Origin: Akkermansiaceae bacterium
Lineage (GTDB): Bacteria; Verrucomicrobiota; Verrucomicrobiia; Verrucomicrobiales; Akkermansiaceae
Direction of reading: 5' to 3'
Length of the DNA: 64,000 nt
Assembly (NCBI GenBank): GCA_041753275.1
Contig: JBGSUW010000078.1
Location: 36,074-100,073 of the forward strand
Position numbers and translations under genes: made by a program. The notes beneath the pieces are model-generated. The model did not search any database. It had not been told where the DNA came from and saw nothing but the letters and a program-made list of their open reading frames with translations. Within the stretch, counting starts at the first letter, position 1. Each line of letters begins with the position of its first letter. Of this stretch, positions 57,877 through 64,000 are shown in pieces.

Positions 57877-59355
57877 ATGTTTGCCGCACTTTATATCCGG
57901 GATTTTTCGGCAATGGCCGTTTTGCGAGGTCGGCAAGATCTGGCAGGGCTGCCTTATGCCATCTTGGCGACAGCACAAGTGGATGCAGCCAAGGAAAAAT
58001 TGCCACTCGCGGCGGTCAATCAAACCGCACGGCTACGGGGGCTGGCGGCAGGTTGGCCGCTCAATCGGGCACTCGTCCGCTGCCCGGAATTGCAGCTGCT
58101 GCCGCGCGATCCACAAGCGGAAGCGGCCCTGCTGGCCGAATGCATCGAGCTGGCAGAATCGCTCACGCCAGACCTTGAGATCACAGCGGCGGATGGGCTG
58201 ATCCTGGATTTTTCCTGCCCCAGTGCACATGCCCGCGCGACCTTGGATTCGCTGGATTTTCCTGAAGTGGAGCTATGGCATGCAAGAGCCGCCACGCCGG
58301 ATCTCGCATTCTTGGCCGCCCGCCACCAAAGCACGCAAGGACGTTGGATCGAGCCGGCCGACCTTGCTGCGGTGCCTCTGGATTTCCTGCATGCCATCAG
58401 CCATCATTCCAATTCCATCCGATTACTGGAAACTTGGGGAATGAAAACTTTGGGCGATTTCATGGCCCTGCCACGGCAAGCACTCACAGAGCGGCTGGGA
58501 CTGGAAGTGGGGCATTGGCACGATCTGCTGCATGGAAAAACGTGCCGCTTGCTACGACTTCACCGGCCACCAGAATGCCTCACGCAGCGGGCGATGTTTG
58601 AAGATCACATCGTGGCACTGGAGCCGTTGATTTTCGCCTTGAAGCGTCTGCTGCACACGCTCAGCGGGCGGCTGGCGGCACGGCATTTGGCGGCTAGCAC
58701 CATCGATCTGCGGATTTTATTGGAAACCGGTGAGGAAATGCCGCGCCGGATCCATTTGCCCGAACCCCAAAGCACCGTGGAGGGAATGCTAGGGCCATTG
58801 CAGACATGGCTGGATTCGCTCAAACTCCGCGCGGCAGTGAGCGGGCTGGAACTGGATGCGGAGACGTCATTTGCAGTGGCGGCGCAGCGCGAGTGGTTCT
58901 GCCGCCAACTGCCGCAGCCGGAGCGGTGGTCAGAAACTTTAGCCAAGCTGGAGGCATTACTAGGCCCGGGACGGGTGGGTATTCCAGTGCCATCGCAGAC
59001 GCATGCGCCAGATGCCTTCAAGCTCTGGCCTGCGGCAGGCCCGGCGATGGCGCAAGCAATCACAGGGCCGCTGCCAATGTGCACACTCCCATTGCAGCGT
59101 TTCAGACCATCATTGGAAATCGCGGTGGCTCATGAAATGCGCGCTGGCCATCCGCTGCCGCTGGCATTGCTCACCGGGCCGCACCCCGGGCAGGTCATGG
59201 AAGCGCGAGGCCCCTACCCTGCTTCCGGCGCATGGTGGGAACCCACACAAGCGTGGCAACGGCTGGAGTGGGATGTGCAAATTGCCACCCGCCACTTGCT
59301 CAGGCTGGTATTAGAAAAACCGAACTGCTGGAAACTCGATGGGATCTATCAATGA
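57877..59355 (+). CDS. imuB: ImuB, inactive Y-family polymerase
   Basis: MFAALY, AVNQTAR..GL..G, LTPDLE, WGMKTLGDF..LP, GPYPASGAWW, WKLDGIY. Confidence 0.88.
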   Translation: MFAALYIRDFSAMAVLRGRQDLAGLPYAILATAQVDAAKEKLPLAAVNQTARLRGLAAGWPLNRALVRCPELQLLPRDPQAEAALLAECIELAESLTPDLEITAADGLILDFSCPSAHARATLDSLDFPEVELWHARAATPDLAFLAARHQSTQGRWIEPADLAAVPLDFLHAISHHSNSIRLLETWGMKTLGDFMALPRQALTERLGLEVGHWHDLLHGKTCRLLRLHRPPECLTQRAMFEDHIVALEPLIFALKRLLHTLSGRLAARHLAASTIDLRILLETGEEMPRRIHLPEPQSTVEGMLGPLQTWLDSLKLRAAVSGLELDAETSFAVAAQREWFCRQLPQPERWSETLAKLEALLGPGRVGIPVPSQTHAPDAFKLWPAAGPAMAQAITGPLPMCTLPLQRFRPSLEIAVAHEMRAGHPLPLALLTGPHPGQVMEARGPYPASGAWWEPTQAWQRLEWDVQIATRHLLRLVLEKPNCWKLDGIYQ

Positions 59356-59379
59356 AAACGCACTGAATTTCAAATAAAA

Positions 59380-62300
59380 ATGATCCATGAATTACACGCC
59401 CGCTCGGCTTTCTCCTTTCTCGAAGGGGCAAGCCAACCGGAAGCAATGGTGCAACAGGCGGCCCAGCTTGGTTACTCCGCCATCGCCATCACCGATCAGA
59501 TGGGTTTCTACGGCTCTGCCCGCGCCCACCATGCGGCGAAGGAATGCGGCATCCGTGCGTTGGTGGGAAGTATGTTAAAATTTGCGGATGGTACCAGTTT
59601 TCCCGTGTTATGCGCCACCCGTGATGGCTACCGCCAAATGAGCAGGCAGCTCACCGAGCACCATCTCACCCACCGCGCCGGGATGGATTTCCTGGCGCGG
59701 TCTGGCGACCTCATTGCGCTCACAGGAGACCGCGACGGGCCGGTGTGCCAGCCACTTTTACGCGGTGATTCGAAAGCAGCACTGCGGGCGGCGGAACAAT
59801 TGTTAGCAAGCTTCGGCCCGGGCAATGTTTATCTCGAGCTCACCCGCCACGGGCTGCGGGATGATGGGCGGCTCAACCGCCAACTCATCGATCTGGCAGC
59901 TCACTTGCGGCTACCTCTGCTAGCGAGCAATGCCCCGTTATTCGCCACTCGCGGAGATCGGCGGCTGGGTGATGCATTTACCAGTCTGCGCCATCACCTA
60001 CCGCTCGATGAAGCCGCTCATTTGCTCGCCTCAAATGGAGAACGGCATCTCAAATCCCCGCAGGCAATGGCCGCACTTTTCCACGATGTGCCTGAAGCAA
60101 TTTCCAACACTTCAAGCTTGGCCGAACGGCTGGAGTTCACTTTGGAAAATTTGAATTATCGTTTCCCGGATTATGCCGATGGCCATGGCAATCCGCTTTC
60201 CCAGCCGGAGCAAGCCACCCTGCTGCGGCGGCAGACCTATGCCGGAGCAGCCCGCCGTTATCCGAATCTCACACCCGCGGTGCGGCTGCAGCTTGAGCAT
60301 GAGCTGGCGATGATTCAGCGGCTGGGATTTCCCGGGTATTTTCTGATCGTGCATGACCTCATCGAGTTCGCACGCGGGCGTGGCATCCTCTGCCAAGGGC
60401 GCGGCTCGGCGGCGAACTCCGCGGTTTGTTATGCTTTGGGAATCACGGCGGTGGATCCGGTGGGCAGTGGCTTGTTGTTCGAGCGCTTCTTGAGCGACAA
60501 CCGGAAGAGCTGGCCAGACATCGATATCGATTTCCCCTCCGGCGAGCGGCGCGAAGAGGTGATCCAATATGTCTTCCGCAAATACGGCACCCGCAATGCG
60601 GCGATGACGGCCAACGTGATCACTTATCGGCCAAAATCCGCCTTCCGCGAGATGAGCAAAGTGCTAGGATTCCCACCTTCCGTGGCAGATCGTTTTTCTA
60701 ACAGCCCTTCGCATTTTCAAGGTGAGGGAAAAAGCAAAGATCCGCGAAGTTTCCGGGAAAAAATCGCACATCTTTTACCTCTATCCCATCCACGGCTGGC
60801 AGCGCTGGAGCATTTGTATAATGCGGTGCTGGGCATGCCGCGCCATCTTGGCCAGCACTCGGGCGGCATGATCATTTGCAATCATGGGCTGGACTCCGTG
60901 GTGCCGCTGCAGCCCGCCACCATGGACGGACGCAATGTGGTGCAGTGGGACAAGGACGATTGCGAAGATATGGGGATTGTGAAGATCGATCTACTCGGGC
61001 TCGGCATGCTCGCCGCGATGGAGCATGCCATCGAAATTTGCGCCCTGCGTGGCCATCCGGTGGATCTCGCCACGATCCCGAAGGACGATCCCGCCGTCTT
61101 CGAGATGCTGTGCCGCGCGGATACCATCGGCACCTTCCAAGTCGAGAGTCGGGCGCAAATGGCGACACTTCCTATTTTACGGCCGCAGACATTCTACGAT
61201 GTTGCCATCCAAGTGGCCATCATCCGGCCAGGCCCGATCGTGGGCGATCTGGTGCACCCCTATCTGAACCGCCGCGGTGGCCGGGAAAAAATCGACTACA
61301 TTCATCCAGCCTGTGAGGAAACTTTACGGCGGACCTTGGGCGTGCCGTTATTTCAAGAACAAGTGCTGCGAATGGCGATGGATGTGGCTGGCTTCAGCGG
61401 GGCGGAGGCCGATGAGCTGCGGCGGGCGATGGCCTTCAAACGCAGCGATGCGCGGATGGAAAAAGTCACCGAAAACCTCCGCCAGCGCATGAGCGAGCGC
61501 AGCATTCCACTGCCAGTCCAACAGAAAATCATCGATTCCATCGGCTCCTTCGCGCTCTATGGATTTCCCGAGAGCCATGCCATTTCCTTCGCCCTCATCG
61601 CCTACGCCAGTTGCTGGCTCAAGGTCCATCATCCTGCGGAATTTTTCACCGGATTACTCAATCACCAACCGATGGGTTTCTACTCGGTAAATACTCTCAT
61701 CCAAGATGCCAAACGCCATGGACTACGCATTTTACCCACTTCTTGTATCTCTAGCAGAAGTATCACCATCGTAGAATCAGAAAACACCCTCCGCCTCGGG
61801 CTGGATCGGCTCAAAGGTCTCTCGCTCGCCACCCGCGAACGGCTCGTCAAGGTGAGGGCCACTCAACCCTTCCACAGCTTGGAGGATTTCTTGTTACGAG
61901 CCAGACCCAGCGCCAAGGAAAAGCGACTGCTTGCGCAAGCAGGTGCCCTCAATGGGTTGCCAGAAATCGAGCATCGCCGTGAGGCACTTTGGCAAGTGGA
62001 GCTGCCTTTGTTTGATGATTTACTCAAGCCACGCGAAGCCGAGAAAAAAGCCGTCCTGCCCACGATGACCATGGGCGAGCGACTCTCTGCCGATTTCCTC
62101 ACACAAGGTGCCACCACCGGCCCGCACCCCATGCGCTTGTGGCGGGAAAATCACGGCAGCCGCCAAATTCTACGCGCCCGTGATTTACAAAATCTTCCCC
62201 ACGGCACACCCATCACCGTGGCCGGCATGGCCATTTGCCGCCAACGCCCCGGCACCGCGAAAGGGCATTGCTTCATCTCATTGGAAGATGAGACAGGCAT

Positions 62301-62490
62301 CGCCAATTTGTTTGTGAAAAAGGAGACTTTTAAACTGCACCAAATGCTCATCGTAACCGAGTCATTTCTGTTAGCCCATGGCATGCTGCAACGCTCCGAA
62401 GGCGACCAACCGACGATGTTTGTAACTCACCTTGAGCCACTGCAGCACACCGAGCCCGAACACGCCAGCCGCTCGCATGATTTCCATTGA
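59380..62490 (+). CDS. dnaE2: Error-prone DNA polymerase DnaE2 (ImuC)
   Basis: ELHARSAFSFLEGAS, QGRGSAANS, PDIDID, YGFPESHA, QRPGTAKG, C-terminal SHDFH. Confidence 0.95.
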   Translation: MIHELHARSAFSFLEGASQPEAMVQQAAQLGYSAIAITDQMGFYGSARAHHAAKECGIRALVGSMLKFADGTSFPVLCATRDGYRQMSRQLTEHHLTHRAGMDFLARSGDLIALTGDRDGPVCQPLLRGDSKAALRAAEQLLASFGPGNVYLELTRHGLRDDGRLNRQLIDLAAHLRLPLLASNAPLFATRGDRRLGDAFTSLRHHLPLDEAAHLLASNGERHLKSPQAMAALFHDVPEAISNTSSLAERLEFTLENLNYRFPDYADGHGNPLSQPEQATLLRRQTYAGAARRYPNLTPAVRLQLEHELAMIQRLGFPGYFLIVHDLIEFARGRGILCQGRGSAANSAVCYALGITAVDPVGSGLLFERFLSDNRKSWPDIDIDFPSGERREEVIQYVFRKYGTRNAAMTANVITYRPKSAFREMSKVLGFPPSVADRFSNSPSHFQGEGKSKDPRSFREKIAHLLPLSHPRLAALEHLYNAVLGMPRHLGQHSGGMIICNHGLDSVVPLQPATMDGRNVVQWDKDDCEDMGIVKIDLLGLGMLAAMEHAIEICALRGHPVDLATIPKDDPAVFEMLCRADTIGTFQVESRAQMATLPILRPQTFYDVAIQVAIIRPGPIVGDLVHPYLNRRGGREKIDYIHPACEETLRRTLGVPLFQEQVLRMAMDVAGFSGAEADELRRAMAFKRSDARMEKVTENLRQRMSERSIPLPVQQKIIDSIGSFALYGFPESHAISFALIAYASCWLKVHHPAEFFTGLLNHQPMGFYSVNTLIQDAKRHGLRILPTSCISSRSITIVESENTLRLGLDRLKGLSLATRERLVKVRATQPFHSLEDFLLRARPSAKEKRLLAQAGALNGLPEIEHRREALWQVELPLFDDLLKPREAEKKAVLPTMTMGERLSADFLTQGATTGPHPMRLWRENHGSRQILRARDLQNLPHGTPITVAGMAICRQRPGTAKGHCFISLEDETGIANLFVKKETFKLHQMLIVTESFLLAHGMLQRSEGDQPTMFVTHLEPLQHTEPEHASRSHDFH

Positions 62491-62497
62491 GAGCTTG

Positions 62498-62896
62498 CTA
62501 ATTTCGCAACCTTTTCAAAAGCGCGGCATCCGGCAAAAGACACGCGTTGGTCTTGCCCATGAAGCGGTAGCGATTCCGCGCAATCCAGCGATAAACGCCG
62601 TCCCGCAGCCACCTCGGAATCAATCGTGCGATTTTAAAGAACCGCCAAAACCCACCCAGCGCATGTGCCAACTCGATGAGAGCATCACTGTGCATAAACA
62701 CCCGCCCGTCTGATTCACGGAGCAACACCATCGAGCCATTCGTGGCTGCCGCATACCCGCTGAAGCCTTTTTCTCTCGCGAGTTCTCCCTGCAATGGGGC
62801 GAAGGAAATTCGCTCTCGTCCATCGAAGCGGACCACATATTGCACAGATTTCGAGCAAAATGCGCAGCTGCCATCGAAGAAAAGCACCCAATTCAT
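62498..62896 (-). CDS. DCC-family thiol-disulfide oxidoreductase (DUF393)
   Basis: FFDGSCAFC, FAPLQ, IPRWLRDGVYRWIARNRYRFMG. Confidence 0.9.
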   Translation of the reverse strand: MNWVLFFDGSCAFCSKSVQYVVRFDGRERISFAPLQGELAREKGFSGYAAATNGSMVLLRESDGRVFMHSDALIELAHALGGFWRFFKIARLIPRWLRDGVYRWIARNRYRFMGKTNACLLPDAALLKRLRN

Positions 62897-62981
62897 GCCG
62901 CATTCTAACCTTCGAAGCAATTTTTTCCAGTCTGTTTATTGATTCTCTTGCCATCCAGGGCGAATTCAATACGCTGTTCAA

Positions 62982-63728
62982 ATGTTTACCCATGAGGATT
63001 CGGGCGTGCTGACAGATGGTGAGCGGGCGATCACCAGCTCGCGGATTCAAGACATGCCTCAACATTTGCGGCCACGGGAAAAATTGGCCCAACATGGTGC
63101 CGCCGCGCTGAAAGATGATGAGCTGATGGCGTTATTTATCTCTTCCGGAACCAAGGGCGCGAGTGCGATTGAAATCGGAGGAAATCTGCTACGCAAATAT
63201 GGCTCGATCGCCGCACTGGGCGGCCTGCCCGTTTCCCAACTTGCGAAGGAAAAGGGACTCGGTCTTGCAAAAGCCTCCAAACTCGCCGCCGCCTTCGAGC
63301 TCGGCATCCGCATCGCCCAAGAGCAAATGAGATCCGTGGCGTTGGACACACCCCAGCAGATTTACCATTTTTTCGGCCCCCAGATGGCGCACCTTGCGCG
63401 CGAGCAAGTCCTCGTCGCGGTGTTGGACAGCCGCCTCCACCATCTTGGCACCGAGGTGGTCTCCGTTGGCACGGTAAATGAATCCAAAGTCCACCCGCGC
63501 GAAATTTTCCGCCCCGTGATCAGCCGTGGGGGCTTCGGCTTCATCCTCCTTCACAATCACCCGTCTGGCGATCCCAGCCCCAGTTCAGCAGATCTCCACA
63601 TCACCAAACAAATTCTAGCTGCCTCTGAATTCATGCACATCAACATGATCGATCACCTCATCATCGGCAGGCCCGCCGTCGGCCGCGTCGCTTATTATTC
63701 ATTCCGGGAAGCCGGGCAGCTCGCTTGA
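62982..63728 (+). CDS. radC: RadC family JAB-domain protein
   Basis: RPREKL...GAAAL.D.EL, VHPREIF, HNHPSGDPSPSSAD, DHLIIG. Confidence 0.93.
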   Translation: MFTHEDSGVLTDGERAITSSRIQDMPQHLRPREKLAQHGAAALKDDELMALFISSGTKGASAIEIGGNLLRKYGSIAALGGLPVSQLAKEKGLGLAKASKLAAAFELGIRIAQEQMRSVALDTPQQIYHFFGPQMAHLAREQVLVAVLDSRLHHLGTEVVSVGTVNESKVHPREIFRPVISRGGFGFILLHNHPSGDPSPSSADLHITKQILAASEFMHINMIDHLIIGRPAVGRVAYYSFREAGQLA

Positions 63729-63775
63729 GTTGCAATTTGCCAAAAGCCGCGCTATCCCCCTTTCCTACTTCGGCC

Positions 63776-64000
63776 ATGTATCGCTTCCGCTTGAAACAGA
63801 ACCTCCGTTCGGTCGTTTTTTTCCTCATCCTCGGCTCCGTTATCGGCGGCTGCGGGCTGCTCTGGTGGGCGAATCAGACCGGGCTACCGAAGACCTGGCG
63901 CACCGTCATCGAGCAGGAAATTTCCAAGCAAGGAGTTTTCATCCAAATCGGCTCCCTCCGCTACATTCCACTGCGAGGAATCACCGCTTCGGACGTGCGG
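63776..64000 (+). CDS. Membrane-anchored hypothetical protein (AsmA-like N-terminus?), 3'-partial
   Basis: Open from ATG 63776 to window end: MYRFRLKQNLRSVVFFLILGSVIGGCGLLWWANQTGLP...LRYIPLRGI. Confidence 0.65.
   Translation, partial: MYRFRLKQNLRSVVFFLILGSVIGGCGLLWWANQTGLPKTWRTVIEQEISKQGVFIQIGSLRYIPLRGITASDVR

Noticed and set aside
1-64000. CRISPR array, rRNA, transposase, integrase or phage genes
   Set aside because: No regularly spaced direct repeats or recognisable motifs for these found

Overview
Bacterial chromosomal window, most likely from a Verrucomicrobiota (Luteolibacter/Akkermansiaceae-like) genome. This is inferred from an Amuc_1098-type secretin, Verrucomicrobia-style C-terminal modules and a perfect TGTTC-N4-GAACA LexA box. 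Most of it is housekeeping: split metH, cinA, feoAB, ribF, hpf, miaA, riboflavin synthase, rlmN, tatD, tex, pssA, a KamA-type radical SAM, PBP1A, tRNA-Leu(TAG), cls, imuA-imuB-dnaE2 and radC. An accessory stretch at about 26.8-41.3 kb holds REP/MITE-like elements, a metal-handling operon led by a Cys-rich HAPP-ended ORF, a RelBE-type TA pair, and a surface lipoprotein, adhesin, TolC-MFP-ABC exporter and Lit-like (DUF1461) gene cluster. Top leads: (1) that possible dedicated lipoprotein/adhesin export locus; (2) an unannotated 45-aa ORF under tandem LexA-like boxes ending in a clamp-binding-like QLEFPW; (3) a candidate metal-sensing ribosome-arrest leader; (4) a ~310-nt structured leader of an RRM gene; (5) a shared 17-bp promoter motif at two stress genes; (6) recurrent leaderless promoter geometry. 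All family assignments come from motif recognition by eye; no searches were run.
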